Notes: generated from the sequence alone by a model not told the origin. 64,000 nucleotides of DNA from Acidobacteriota bacterium (GCA_009840635.1 VXNL01000044.1:7268-71267), one strand, 5' to 3'; counted from the stretch's first letter, positions 37,878-48,388 are shown. Numbers and translations are program-made.

Positions 37878-39197
37878 GTGGTCCTGCTTCGATCACGTCA
37901 AGGACGGGCGCCCCTGGCGCTCGGCGTGGCCGTGGCGCTTGCGTCAACCGGCGTCGGAGTCCTTGGTCACGCGGGCCAGGAGCGGCAGGTCGTGATCCGG
38001 GACGCGACGATCCTGCCCGTGTCCGGCGCGCCGCTGCCCCGGGGTAGCGTCTCGTTTCGAGACGGGATCATCACCGCGGTCGGCGTGGACATCACCGCTG
38101 ACAGCGACGCCCAGGTAATTGACGGAACGGACCGCTATGTGCTGCCCGGCATTGTCGACGTCCATTCGCACTTGGGGGTGAGCCCCTGGCCCTGGGTGCC
38201 GGGCAATTCCGATGTGAACGAGGATGGCGGCGACCCGCTGACACCCCAGCTTCGGGCGATTGACGCGTTCGATTCCAGCGATCCGGCGCTGCGGTGGGTG
38301 GCCGCCGGGGGCGTCACCACCATCATGTTGTTGCCGGGCAGCGCGAACGTCGTCGGCGGTCAGGGGGCGGTGATGAAACTCCGGCTGGGACGGTCCGCGG
38401 ACGAAATGCTCTTCGAGGGGGCTCCGGGGGTCATGAAGATGGCCCTGGGCGAAAATCCCAAGGCCACGTACGGCGGCAGGGGGCAGATGCCGAGCACGCG
38501 CATGGGCGTCATGGCTCTCCTGCGCGATGCGCTGAGTCAGGCGCAAAGCTACCGGGCTCGATGGGACGCCTGGAACGCGGCGCCCGAATCGGAGAGAGGG
38601 GCGGCACCCGCTTTCGACCCGAAGCTGGACGCGCTGGCGGACGTGTTGCGCGGGGAGATCCGGGTGGCCGCACACACGTACCGCCGCGACGAGTTCCTCG
38701 CCCTGCTCGAACTGTCTGACGAATTCGGGTTCGAACTCGGCTCCTTCCACCACGCGATGGACGCCTACCGGCTCGGCCCGGAACTCGCCCGCCGGGGCGT
38801 GGGCGTCGCGGTCTATGCGGACGCGTTCGGACGAAAGCTCGAGCACTGGGAGCAGGTGCCGCAGACCGCTGCGTACCTGAACTCCCTGGGAGCTCTGGTC
38901 ACGCTGCATTCCGACTTCCCGTTCTTCGCCCAGCGGCTGCACACCGAGGCGGCCAAACTCGTCCGTTACGGCGGCATTTCGGAGGGCGATGCGCTGAAGA
39001 CGATTACGTTGAGTGCGGCGCGTCTGATCGGTGTGGACCGGTGGGTCGGGAGTCTCGAGGCAGGGAAACATGCGGACATCGCGGTGTACGACAAACACCC
39101 GTTTGATTCCTTTGCGCGCGTCGAGAAGACGTTCGTCGATGGACAACTCGTCTTCGACCGCGGCCGGGACCGGGCATGGCTGGAGCGGACGCCGTGA
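37878..39197 (+). CDS. amidohydrolase family protein (exported)
   Basis: Signal peptide. Metal-binding VDVHSHLG, HTYRRDE and HSDFPF motifs. 439 aa. Confidence 0.8.
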   Translation: MVLLRSRQGRAPLALGVAVALASTGVGVLGHAGQERQVVIRDATILPVSGAPLPRGSVSFRDGIITAVGVDITADSDAQVIDGTDRYVLPGIVDVHSHLGVSPWPWVPGNSDVNEDGGDPLTPQLRAIDAFDSSDPALRWVAAGGVTTIMLLPGSANVVGGQGAVMKLRLGRSADEMLFEGAPGVMKMALGENPKATYGGRGQMPSTRMGVMALLRDALSQAQSYRARWDAWNAAPESERGAAPAFDPKLDALADVLRGEIRVAAHTYRRDEFLALLELSDEFGFELGSFHHAMDAYRLGPELARRGVGVAVYADAFGRKLEHWEQVPQTAAYLNSLGALVTLHSDFPFFAQRLHTEAAKLVRYGGISEGDALKTITLSAARLIGVDRWVGSLEAGKHADIAVYDKHPFDSFARVEKTFVDGQLVFDRGRDRAWLERTP

Positions 39198-40450
39198 TCG
39201 CCCTTCTCGCCTCGGCCGTGGTGATCGCAGTACCGCTGGTTCCCGGTGGCGAGTCCCAGGCGGAAGCGGAACGCGTGGTGGCCATTCGGGACGTCCGCAT
39301 CCTCCCGGTGGCAACACCCCCGATTGAGCGGGGCGTCCTGCTGATCCGCGGTGACCGCATCGCCGGGGTTGGAGCCGACATCACGATCCCACCGGACGCC
39401 GAGGTGGTCGACGGGGCCGGTCTCACGGCCGCGCCCGGCTTTTTCGATACCTACACCGGGATCGGCCTCATCGAGGTGGCCGGAGTCCCCGCGTCGAACG
39501 ACAGCCAGGAGCCTGGGGGCGTGACGCCGCAACTCCGCGCGGCGGACGCCTATTTCCTGGATTCGGAGCTCATTCCGCTGGTCCGCAATGCCGGAACGCT
39601 GGTCGTCCTGTCGGTTCCGGGCGACCGGAACGTGGTCGCGGGCCAGAGCGCCCTGATGCGCGCTGCCGGGACCACGGTTGAAGCGGCGGCAGTAAAGGAG
39701 GTGGCCGCCGTCCACGCGAATCTCGGCGAGGCTTCAAAGGGGGCCGGCTTCCGCACGCGCATGGGGGCGGCCACGGCGTTGCGGCAGATTCTCCAACAGG
39801 CGCGGGGCCACGCCGCGCGGGAGGACGCGCCCCCGAATCACCGGCTCGATCCCGTCGTTCGCGTGTTGCGCGGAGAGCTTCCCTTGGTCGTTCGCGCCCA
39901 TCGCCGCGACGACATCCTTATAGCCTTGCGTCTGTCCGAGGAGTTCGGCTTCCGGATGATCCTGGCCGGGGGAGCGGACGCGCCGCTCGTCGCGGCGGAG
40001 CTGGCCGCCAGGGAAGTGCCGGTCCTGGTCCAGCCCGACCTGCAACCCAGCACGATGGAAACGGCCGGCGTCCGCTACGACAACGCCGCCCACCTGTCCC
40101 GCGCGGGTGTCCGGCTCGCCTTCCAGTCGAACGAGACGACGCTCTCGCGCCAGTTGGTACCGAACATCGGTCTGACCGTGGCCTACGGCCTCCCGTACGA
40201 GGAGGCGCTGAAGGCGCTGACGCTCTATCCCGCGCAGATCTTCGGGGTGGACGACATGTTGGGAAGTCTCGAGGTGGGCAAGGAGGCCACCTTCTTTCTC
40301 AGTCGGGGCGATCCGCTGCAGGTGCGCACGCCAGTCGTGTCCATCTACGTCAAGGGCCGCCACTACGAGCCGCGCAGCTACCAGACCCGCCTGTGCGAGA
40401 CTTTCATCGCACCGGTGCAGGAGTCCATCCCATGCCAACCAACACGATAA
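39176..40450 (+). CDS. amidohydrolase family protein (paralogue of upstream gene)
   Basis: Signal peptide. Same architecture as the 37878 gene (AHRRDDILIALRLSEEFGF region). 424 aa. Confidence 0.8.
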   Translation: MAGADAVIALLASAVVIAVPLVPGGESQAEAERVVAIRDVRILPVATPPIERGVLLIRGDRIAGVGADITIPPDAEVVDGAGLTAAPGFFDTYTGIGLIEVAGVPASNDSQEPGGVTPQLRAADAYFLDSELIPLVRNAGTLVVLSVPGDRNVVAGQSALMRAAGTTVEAAAVKEVAAVHANLGEASKGAGFRTRMGAATALRQILQQARGHAAREDAPPNHRLDPVVRVLRGELPLVVRAHRRDDILIALRLSEEFGFRMILAGGADAPLVAAELAAREVPVLVQPDLQPSTMETAGVRYDNAAHLSRAGVRLAFQSNETTLSRQLVPNIGLTVAYGLPYEEALKALTLYPAQIFGVDDMLGSLEVGKEATFFLSRGDPLQVRTPVVSIYVKGRHYEPRSYQTRLCETFIAPVQESIPCQPTR

Positions 40451-41688
40451 ACCGGCGTTCCTTCATCGGAACGAGCATTGGTGCGGCGGTCGGGGCATCG
40501 GTGCCGGCGCCCGGAGGACAGGTCCTGCCCTCCGCCCCGGTGCGGATCGAGCCGTCTGACTACATCACCCTGGGGCGGACCGGTGTCCGGGTGTCGAAGG
40601 TTGCGGCGGGGCTGAGCCTGGATGCCGAGGCGCTGATCGCTTCGGCGGATGCGGGAATCAACTATTTCGATACGGCCGAGATCTACCTGGACGGCGAGCA
40701 CGCCAAGATGGTGGGGCAGGCGCTCAAGGGGAGGCCGCGGAGGGACATCTTCGTTTCCGCCAAGTTTCAGCCTGGACTCCAGAATGAGTTGACGGCAACC
40801 ACGCAGGACGTCGTCCGCCGCTTCCACACCTTCCTCGACTGGCTCGGCACCGACTACATCGACTGCATGTTGATCCACAACGTGCAGCGTCCCGAAGCGC
40901 TCACGAACCCGGCGTGGCTGGATGCCTACCGGCTGCTCAAGGCTCAGGGCCGGGTCCGATTCCTCGGCGCATCCACCCATGATCCCAAGCTGCACGAGAT
41001 CGTCGCGCGGACCATCGAAATGAACCTCTACGACCTCCTGCTCGTGGCTTACAACCCGACGACCGAGGGGGATCTCTATGGGTCCGCCGGCTGGCCGCGA
41101 CTTCCCAAACTGCTCGAGGAGGCGAAGGCCAAGGGCATTGCCGTAGCGACCATGAAGATCATGATCGGCGCCGTAGCTGCGGGGGCGGTCTCCGGTCTGG
41201 GGCCTGACGCCGTGGACCCGAACGACATCGTGGCCCGCGGGAAGTATCTTGGAGCCCGGGTGGCGGCCAGTCGCTGGGTCCTCAGCGACCCAAACGTTGA
41301 CGTCGTGCAGTACACGATGACGGGACCGGGGACGGTCGCCGCCGCCGTCGAGTCGGGTACGACTCCCTTCGTCGAAGGCGACGCGGAGCTGGCGCGGGTG
41401 TACCACCGGTTTGCGTCGGGTATGGGCTGTCCGATTCCCTGTTCCGCGCCCTGCCGGGAGGCCTGCCCGGCCGATGTCGCGATCGCCGACGTGTTGCGCT
41501 ACGGCATGTACTACGACCATCATGGACTCCACGAGCAGGCGCGTCTCGAATACGCGAGTCTGCCGGTGGAGAGCCGGGCAAACATCTGCCTGACCTGTGA
41601 GAGCCAAGCGTGCCTCAGCGCGTGTCCGGAAGGAGTTCCGGTCAGCGCGCTGACCCGAAGGGCCCACGCGCAGCTCTCGCTTGACTAG
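40432..41688 (+). CDS. aldo/keto reductase with TAT signal and C-terminal ferredoxin-like 2x Cys4 motif
   Basis: The ATG at 40432 gives MPTNTINRRSFIGTSIGAAVGA. AKR core (INYFDTAEIY, GASTHD). C-terminus has CPIPCSAPCREACP and CLTCESQACLSACP. Confidence 0.75.
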   Translation: MPTNTINRRSFIGTSIGAAVGASVPAPGGQVLPSAPVRIEPSDYITLGRTGVRVSKVAAGLSLDAEALIASADAGINYFDTAEIYLDGEHAKMVGQALKGRPRRDIFVSAKFQPGLQNELTATTQDVVRRFHTFLDWLGTDYIDCMLIHNVQRPEALTNPAWLDAYRLLKAQGRVRFLGASTHDPKLHEIVARTIEMNLYDLLLVAYNPTTEGDLYGSAGWPRLPKLLEEAKAKGIAVATMKIMIGAVAAGAVSGLGPDAVDPNDIVARGKYLGARVAASRWVLSDPNVDVVQYTMTGPGTVAAAVESGTTPFVEGDAELARVYHRFASGMGCPIPCSAPCREACPADVAIADVLRYGMYYDHHGLHEQARLEYASLPVESRANICLTCESQACLSACPEGVPVSALTRRAHAQLSLD

Positions 41689-41718
41689 GACCCTTCCCCG
41701 CGGCTTCGCGCCGAAGCG

Positions 41719-42888
41719 ATGATTGGCACGATCACCGGCATCTTCAACCGGAACTTCGTCCTGCTGAGCGCATACGGGATGCTCGCGCTGGCGTTGTCCC
41801 TGATGCTGGTGACAAATCTGCCCCTCTATCTGGAGGAGGCAGGTTGGGACTCGAGAGCGATCGGGACGATCCTGGGGTCCTATTTCCTGACGAGCTTGAT
41901 CGTCCGCCCCTTCGTGGGCCGCGAAGCCGACCGTCGTGGGCGCAAGGTGATCATGCTGGCAGGAGGAGTCCTCCTGTTCCTTCCCCTTCCGCTCTATCTC
42001 GTTCCCGATAGCTCGGCGATCATCCTGGTCGCGCGCATCCTGCAGGGGATCGGTTGGGCGATGGCGACGACGGCTGCGGCCGCCCTCGCGTCCGAAGTGG
42101 TACCCCAGGACCGGGTCGGAATGGGGCTCGGGATCTTCGGGGTTCTGAACAGCCTGGGTTTCACCTTCGGTCCGGCGCTCGGGTCTTACCTGCTGAACGC
42201 CTTTGGCGGCGAGGGATTGCTGCTGGGGGCGGCGGGGTTGGCCGGTGGCGTCGTCGTGTGCAGCCTCTTGTTGTCCCCGCCAACGCAACGGGCGCCGGCC
42301 GCGATTCGCTGGGCGGATGCCGCGCGGTTCGTCCGTCCGCTGGCGCGTCCACTGGCGGCGACCCTCTTCATCTGTTTCGGCTACGGAGCGTGCCAGACGT
42401 TCCTGCCGCTCTACGCCCGAGCCTCGGACGTCACGAATCCGGGCGTCTTCTTCACCGTCTTTTCCATTCTGAGCTTCGGAAGCCGCCCGGTGATGGGCCG
42501 GATCTCCGACGTCTGGGGACGCGTTTGGACGGCGTGGCTGTTGATCGTGATCATCGCGAGCACGTTTGGCCTGCTCGCGTACTCCGCGTCCTTCCCGTTC
42601 CTGGTTACGGCCGGCGTGATGTACGGGGTGGGTCACGGGGCCATATTCACAGTGCTCATGGCGCTCCTGGCCGACATGACCAAGCGCGAAGACCGGGGCC
42701 TGACTTACGGGCTCTTCGGATCGGCCATCGATCTGGGGATCACCAGCGGCACGTTCGTGTTGGGACTGACGACGGGCGTGATCGGGTACACCGGGGACTT
42801 CGCGCTGGCGGCCATCCTCGCGCTGGTGGCGATTCCCTTGCTCTATCGGACGCGCCCGGCCAGCGGCTCCCAATCCGTGACCCCGTGA
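41719..42888 (+). CDS. MFS transporter
   Basis: 12 predicted TM helices and the GREADRRGRK loop motif of MFS. Confidence 0.8.
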   Translation: MIGTITGIFNRNFVLLSAYGMLALALSLMLVTNLPLYLEEAGWDSRAIGTILGSYFLTSLIVRPFVGREADRRGRKVIMLAGGVLLFLPLPLYLVPDSSAIILVARILQGIGWAMATTAAAALASEVVPQDRVGMGLGIFGVLNSLGFTFGPALGSYLLNAFGGEGLLLGAAGLAGGVVVCSLLLSPPTQRAPAAIRWADAARFVRPLARPLAATLFICFGYGACQTFLPLYARASDVTNPGVFFTVFSILSFGSRPVMGRISDVWGRVWTAWLLIVIIASTFGLLAYSASFPFLVTAGVMYGVGHGAIFTVLMALLADMTKREDRGLTYGLFGSAIDLGITSGTFVLGLTTGVIGYTGDFALAAILALVAIPLLYRTRPASGSQSVTP

Positions 42889-42911
42889 GTCGGAACGGCA
42901 GGCTGTCGGGA

Positions 42912-43628
42912 ATGACAGCCGTAATCACCGGGGCCAGCCGGGGCATCGGGAGGGCGTTGGCGGAGGTTGGGCGACGGGACGGGATGAAGCTGGCCTTGTC
43001 GGCACGAAACGCAGGGGCGCTGGAAACTCTGGCCCGAGAACTGGATCCCACGGGACAGGAGGTCATCGGAGTGCCGGGGGACGTCGGCGACTGCGCGTCG
43101 TGTCAGGGACTGATCGAGGAGGCGGAGCGGCGCTTCGGCCACATCGACGTTCTGATGAACAACGCGGGTTTGGCGATAGGGGGCAAGATCGCGGACACCG
43201 ACCCGCGGGATGTTGACCTGATGGTGCGGACGAATTTCCTCGGCGCGTACTACTGCACCCGATTCGCCCTGCCCGGCATGATCGCCCGGAAGCAGGGGCA
43301 CATCGTCATGATGGACTCGGTGGCCGGCTACCGCTACTCCCCGGGCGGTTCGATCTACTCCGCCACGAAGTTCGCGATGCGCTCGCTCGCGGAAGCGCTT
43401 CGATCCGAAGTGCTCGAGTATGGGATCAAGGTGACGGCGGTCTATCCCGGGATGACGTTGACGACATATTTCGATCCGGACAATCCGGACGCCCTGAAGC
43501 CACCTATTCCCATCGAGGAGATGCTCACGGCGGAAGATGTCGCGGAGGCGACGCTCGCCGCGATCGGGTTGCCGGCACGCGTTTCGGTGAACACCGTCGT
43601 GCTCAGGCCGACGACGCAGAAAACGTGA
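42912..43628 (+). CDS. SDR family oxidoreductase
   Basis: ITGASRGIG and YSATK motifs. ATG at 42912. The upstream part of the track ORF is an out-of-frame overlap with the MFS gene. Confidence 0.8.
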   Translation: MTAVITGASRGIGRALAEVGRRDGMKLALSARNAGALETLARELDPTGQEVIGVPGDVGDCASCQGLIEEAERRFGHIDVLMNNAGLAIGGKIADTDPRDVDLMVRTNFLGAYYCTRFALPGMIARKQGHIVMMDSVAGYRYSPGGSIYSATKFAMRSLAEALRSEVLEYGIKVTAVYPGMTLTTYFDPDNPDALKPPIPIEEMLTAEDVAEATLAAIGLPARVSVNTVVLRPTTQKT

Positions 43629-43744
43629 GAGTGTTGGCGATGAACGCCGAGAACTAGAGACAGAGAGACCGCAGCTGTCCCCGGCCGCATCGCGGTCCCG
43701 CTGGCAACGGTGACCGGCTTCTCCGCCGGGGCAGAGGAGGAACG

Positions 43745-46700
43745 ATGAGACCCACCGCCTGCCTGCTTCCCTTGACCCTTCTGGGTGTGTCGCTTGCCGC
43801 CGGCGCACAGAACGACGTCTACGACCCCGCCACCTACCAGGCCCTCAAGTACCGCATGATCGGGCCCCACAAGGGCTCCCGGGTCACCGCGGTGACCGGC
43901 ATCGCCGAGCAGCCCTGGACCTACTTCATGGGCACGAACGGCGGCGGGCTCTGGAAGACCACCGACGCCGGCGAGAGCTGGGTCAACGTCTCGGATGGCT
44001 ACTACACCTCGAGCTCGATCGGCGCCATCGACGTGGCGGACTCCGACCCGAGCATCGTGTACGTGGGGAGCGGTTCGACCGCCATCCGGGGCAACGTCTC
44101 CCCGGGGGACGGGATGTACAAGTCCACGGACGGCGGGGAGAGCTGGACCCACGTCGGACTCCGCGACGCCGGGCAGATCGGCCGGGTGATCATCCATCCG
44201 CAGAACCCGGACATCGCCCACGCGGCGGTGCTCGGCCACGCCTTCGGGCCCAACGAGATGCGCGGCGTTTTCCGGACCACCGACGGCGGCGCCACCTGGG
44301 AGAAGGTGCTGTACGTCAGCGATCGGACCGGCACGAACGAAATCGCCATGGACCCCTCGAACCCGGACGTGCTCTACGCGACCATGTGGACCGCCGAGCG
44401 GAAGCCCTGGACCATGATCTCGGGAAGCGAGGAAGGCGGGATCTACAAGACGACGGACGGTGGGGACAGCTGGACGGAACTGACGAACGGGCTGCCCTCG
44501 GGGATGATCGGCCGCACCGGAATCTCGGTCTCCGGCGCGAACCCGCAGCGAGTGTGGGCGCTCGTCGAGGCGCGGGACGGCGGCGTCTATCGCTCGGACG
44601 ACGCCGGCGCCTCGTTCCAGCTCATCAACGACGACCGCGAACTCCAGAACCGGCCCTGGTACTACATGCATATCTACGCCGACCCGGTGGATGTGGACCG
44701 GGTCTACGTGGTGAGCCGCTATTTCCACCGCTCGGACGATGCCGGCGAGACCTTCGACCTCATCGCCACCCCGCACGGCGACAACCACGACCTCTGGATC
44801 AATCCGGGCAACAACCGGATCATGGTGCAGGGTAACGACGGCGGCGCGAACGTTTCCTGGAACGGCGGCCAGACCTGGTCCAGCCAACTGAACCAGCCGA
44901 CTTCCGAGATGTACCGGGTGAGCGTGGACAACCAGTTCCCCTACCGCGTCTACGGTTCGGCGCAGGACACCTGGGAGGTGATTTCGGTGCCGAGCCGGTC
45001 CGCCCACTACGGGATGCGCCTCCAGCTCCAGCACTGGGACGGCGTCGGCGGCATGGAGGGCGGGGTCGCGGTGATCCGGCCCGACAACCCGAACATCGTC
45101 TTCGCCGGGAGCACCAGCGGCGCGATCACCCGCTTCGACCGCGCCACTGGCCAGATCCGCCCGATCAAGGCGTACCCGGAGGTGGGCGGGATGCCGGCGA
45201 AACACCTTCGCTACCGGTTCCAGCGGACGGCGCCCATCGTGCTTTCACCGCACGACCCGAACGTGCTCTACCACGCCTCGCACGTGGTCCACCGCTCCAC
45301 GAACGAGGGGCAGACCTGGCAGGTCATCAGTCCCGACCTGACGACCGCCGATCCCGAGAGGTTGGGCACCTGGGGTGGTCCCATCACCCGCGAGGTGACG
45401 AGCGAGGAGGTCTACTGCACCATCTTCGCGCTCGCCGAATCGAAGCACCTGCCGGGGGTGCTCTGGGCCGGCACCGACGACGGGCTCGTCCACATCTCGC
45501 GGGACGGCGGCGACAACTGGACGAACATCACTCCGCCGGACATGCCGGACTCCGGGACGGTGAACATCCTGGAGGTCTCGCCCCACACTGCGGGACGCGC
45601 CTTCATCTCGGTGGTCCGCTTCCGCCTCGACGACTTCCGGCCCTACGTCTTCCGCACCGACGACTTCGGCGAGAGCTGGACGCTGCTCACCGACGGGACG
45701 AACGGGATCCCCGCCGACCAGTGGGTGCGGGTGGTGCGGGAGGACCCCGACCGGAAGGGGCTGCTTTACGCCGGCACCGAGTACGGGGTGTTCGTCTCCT
45801 TCGACGACGGCGCGCACTGGCAGTCGCTCCAGCTCAACTTCCCGGTGGCGCCGGTGACCGACCTGGTCGTCCACGAGAAGGACCTGGTCCTCTCGACCAA
45901 GGGCCGCTCCTTCTGGATCCTCGATGACCTGTCTCCGCTCCACCAGTTGACGGACGAGGTGGCGGCGTCGGCGGCGCACCTTTTCGCGCCGCGAGACGCC
46001 CATCGGGTGCGGACCGCCGAAGAGGAAGCGGTGGACGAGTACGTGGGTGGCTGGCGTTCGGTGGCCAACCCGCGGGATCTCTACGGGGGGGCGCGGATCA
46101 CTCGGGACCGGCAGGGGACCGACGCTCCCAACGGCGCAACGATCTACACGTGGTTCGCTCAGGTCCCGGAGGGCGAGGCGACCCTCGAAATCCTCGATGC
46201 AGCCGGCGAGGTCATCCGGCGCTTTTCCAACGAGGACGATCCGAAGGACCCCTCGGTGATCGCCCGGCCCGAGGCGCCGTTCTTCAAGGAAGAGAGCACG
46301 TTCTTCAATGCCGGCCTGAACCGCTTCGTGTGGGATCTCCGGCATCCGTCGGCGTTGGGCGGTGCACCGCTCGGGCCGCTGGTGGTGCCGGGGACGTACC
46401 AGGTCCGGGTCTCGACCGAGAGCTGGAGCGGGACGCAGCCGATCGAGGTGTTGCGCGATCCACGGGTCACCACCACGGCCGATGAGTTTCAGAGTCAGTT
46501 CGACCTGCTGCGTAGGATCCGGGACCGGATCACCGATCTCCACCGGGCGGTGGCCGAGATCCGGGAACTGCGCGAGGGGGCGTCCGCCTCCGTTGCGGAA
46601 CGGCTCAACCGGATCGAAAGCGAGCTGGTGCCGCTACCGGAGGACTACGACCGCGAGGACCAGGACTACGCCCCGAAGCTGATCCAGCAGCTCGACCTCC

Positions 46701-46831
46701 TTTACGGATACGTCGAAGGGGCCGACTCACGGCCCACCGATTCCGCGTTCGAGAGGTTCGACGACCTGGACCCGGTGCTTGGCGGCCTGTTGGAGGAACT
46801 CCGGCGCGTCGTCGAACCGATGGGGAACTGA
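43745..46831 (+). CDS. secreted BNR/sortilin (VPS10)-type beta-propeller repeat protein
   Basis: Signal peptide. Many S/TxDxGxxW BNR-like repeats (TDAGESW, TDGGESW, TDGGATW, TDGGDSW...). 1028 aa. GAGGAGG SD. Confidence 0.7.
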   Translation: MRPTACLLPLTLLGVSLAAGAQNDVYDPATYQALKYRMIGPHKGSRVTAVTGIAEQPWTYFMGTNGGGLWKTTDAGESWVNVSDGYYTSSSIGAIDVADSDPSIVYVGSGSTAIRGNVSPGDGMYKSTDGGESWTHVGLRDAGQIGRVIIHPQNPDIAHAAVLGHAFGPNEMRGVFRTTDGGATWEKVLYVSDRTGTNEIAMDPSNPDVLYATMWTAERKPWTMISGSEEGGIYKTTDGGDSWTELTNGLPSGMIGRTGISVSGANPQRVWALVEARDGGVYRSDDAGASFQLINDDRELQNRPWYYMHIYADPVDVDRVYVVSRYFHRSDDAGETFDLIATPHGDNHDLWINPGNNRIMVQGNDGGANVSWNGGQTWSSQLNQPTSEMYRVSVDNQFPYRVYGSAQDTWEVISVPSRSAHYGMRLQLQHWDGVGGMEGGVAVIRPDNPNIVFAGSTSGAITRFDRATGQIRPIKAYPEVGGMPAKHLRYRFQRTAPIVLSPHDPNVLYHASHVVHRSTNEGQTWQVISPDLTTADPERLGTWGGPITREVTSEEVYCTIFALAESKHLPGVLWAGTDDGLVHISRDGGDNWTNITPPDMPDSGTVNILEVSPHTAGRAFISVVRFRLDDFRPYVFRTDDFGESWTLLTDGTNGIPADQWVRVVREDPDRKGLLYAGTEYGVFVSFDDGAHWQSLQLNFPVAPVTDLVVHEKDLVLSTKGRSFWILDDLSPLHQLTDEVAASAAHLFAPRDAHRVRTAEEEAVDEYVGGWRSVANPRDLYGGARITRDRQGTDAPNGATIYTWFAQVPEGEATLEILDAAGEVIRRFSNEDDPKDPSVIARPEAPFFKEESTFFNAGLNRFVWDLRHPSALGGAPLGPLVVPGTYQVRVSTESWSGTQPIEVLRDPRVTTTADEFQSQFDLLRRIRDRITDLHRAVAEIRELREGASASVAERLNRIESELVPLPEDYDREDQDYAPKLIQQLDLLYGYVEGADSRPTDSAFERFDDLDPVLGGLLEELRRVVEPMGN

Positions 46832-46951
46832 ATCCCGCGGAAACAGGAGGGAGTTCGCCGCGCGTAGACCCCGGAGGGTCTGCCCGAGGTAGGGGTCATC
46901 GTCCGGGAGTTCCATAGAATCGGAAACCGTCTTCCGACGGGAGGAATAACC

Positions 46952-48388
46952 ATGCGGGTAGGAACCCTGCTCTTCGTCCTGCTCTTCGCGGCGGCCCCGG
47001 CGGTCGCCCAGGAGAGCCCCGACTCCCCGGTGCAGGCCGGCATCACCCTGCTGGACACCTGGATCCAGACCCAGATGGAATTCGGCGGTCTGCCCGGACT
47101 GGTGATCGGGATCGTCCACGACCAGGAACCGGTATGGGTGAAGGCCTACGGCCACGCCTCGCTGGATCCCCCGGTTCCGATGAGCGAGGACTCCATCTTC
47201 CGGATCGCCTCCCACTCGAAGCTGTTCACCGCGATCACGGTGCTGCGCGCCCGAGACGCCGGAGAACTCCGTCTCGACGATCCCGTCACCAGGTACTTGC
47301 CATGGTTTGACATCCGGAACCGGCATCCGGAGGCGCGGCCGGTCACCGTCCGCCACCTGCTGACCCACACCGGGGGGCTGCCGCGCGAGTCCATCCACCC
47401 CGCCTGGACCGACTTCGAGTTCCCGGAGGTGGAGGCCCTGCGGGAGACGGTCTCGGATCAGGAGACCACCTACGCCACCGAGACCAAGTGGAAGTACTCG
47501 AACCTCGGGTTCACTCTTGCCGGCATGGTGGCCGAAGCCGCCGCCGGCGATTCCTTCGCCGACCTCGTGGCCGATGGGATCCTGAAGCCCCTGGGGATGG
47601 ACTCGACCAGCGTCGGCCCGGTCCCGGCGGGCCAGCGCGACCGGCTCGCGACCGGCTACGGCCGCCGGATGCCCGATGGCCCCCGCGAGGTCTTCCCGTT
47701 CGTGGACGCCCGGTCGTTCGACCCGGCGACCGGACTTTCCTCGACGGTCCCCGACATGCTCCGCTTCCTGTCCTGGCAGATGCGGGTCCGCGACCGCCGC
47801 AGCGAGCAGGTCCTCGCAAGCAACACCCTGCTGGAGATGCAGCGGGTGCACTGGCTCCATGCCTCGTGGACGAGCGGCTGGGGCCTTGGCTTCTCCGTGC
47901 GCCACACCGAAGACCGCGACCTGATCGGCCACGGTGGCGGGTATCCCGGCTACCGCACCCAGACGCAGCTCAGCCCGGAGGAGAAGATCGGCGTCGTCGT
48001 CTTCACCAACGGCGGTGACGGCAATCCCGGCCGCTACCTCGACAAGGCTTTCGAATGGGTCGCCCCCGCCCTTGCGGCAGCCCGCGCCGAAAAAGTGAAA
48101 CCGGCGGTCTGGTCCTCCGACTGGGACATCTACCTCGGCACCTACCGGAGGCGCAGCGGAGACACCGCGGTGCTCCGCCAGGAGAACGACCTGGTGATCC
48201 TGTCACCCCTCTCCGAGGATCCGAGCGGTTCGCAGGGGGTGCTGAAGCCGACCGACACTCCCCACGTCTTCCGGCTGGAGAGCGACGGCTACGGCGCCCA
48301 CGGGGAGCTGGTGCGTTTCGAGGTGAACGACGCGGGCGAGGTCACCCGGATCTTCGTCGGAGTGAACTACTCGCGCCGGGTGCGGTAG
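46952..48388 (+). CDS. serine hydrolase, class C beta-lactamase / D-aminopeptidase family, signal peptide
   Basis: S-x-x-K motif (ASHSK), YSN-like motif, signal peptide. 478 aa. Confidence 0.8.
   Translation: MRVGTLLFVLLFAAAPAVAQESPDSPVQAGITLLDTWIQTQMEFGGLPGLVIGIVHDQEPVWVKAYGHASLDPPVPMSEDSIFRIASHSKLFTAITVLRARDAGELRLDDPVTRYLPWFDIRNRHPEARPVTVRHLLTHTGGLPRESIHPAWTDFEFPEVEALRETVSDQETTYATETKWKYSNLGFTLAGMVAEAAAGDSFADLVADGILKPLGMDSTSVGPVPAGQRDRLATGYGRRMPDGPREVFPFVDARSFDPATGLSSTVPDMLRFLSWQMRVRDRRSEQVLASNTLLEMQRVHWLHASWTSGWGLGFSVRHTEDRDLIGHGGGYPGYRTQTQLSPEEKIGVVVFTNGGDGNPGRYLDKAFEWVAPALAAARAEKVKPAVWSSDWDIYLGTYRRRSGDTAVLRQENDLVILSPLSEDPSGSQGVLKPTDTPHVFRLESDGYGAHGELVRFEVNDAGEVTRIFVGVNYSRRVR

Noticed and set aside
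40378-42873. 831-aa minus-strand ORF
   Set aside because: Antisense to the aldo/keto reductase and MFS transporter genes. The composition is dominated by Arg, Gly, Pro, Asp, His and Gln runs, and there are no domain-like motifs.
42054-43628. Track ORF of 524 aa
   Set aside because: The first 286 codons overlap the MFS gene out of frame. The real gene is the SDR from the ATG at 42912.
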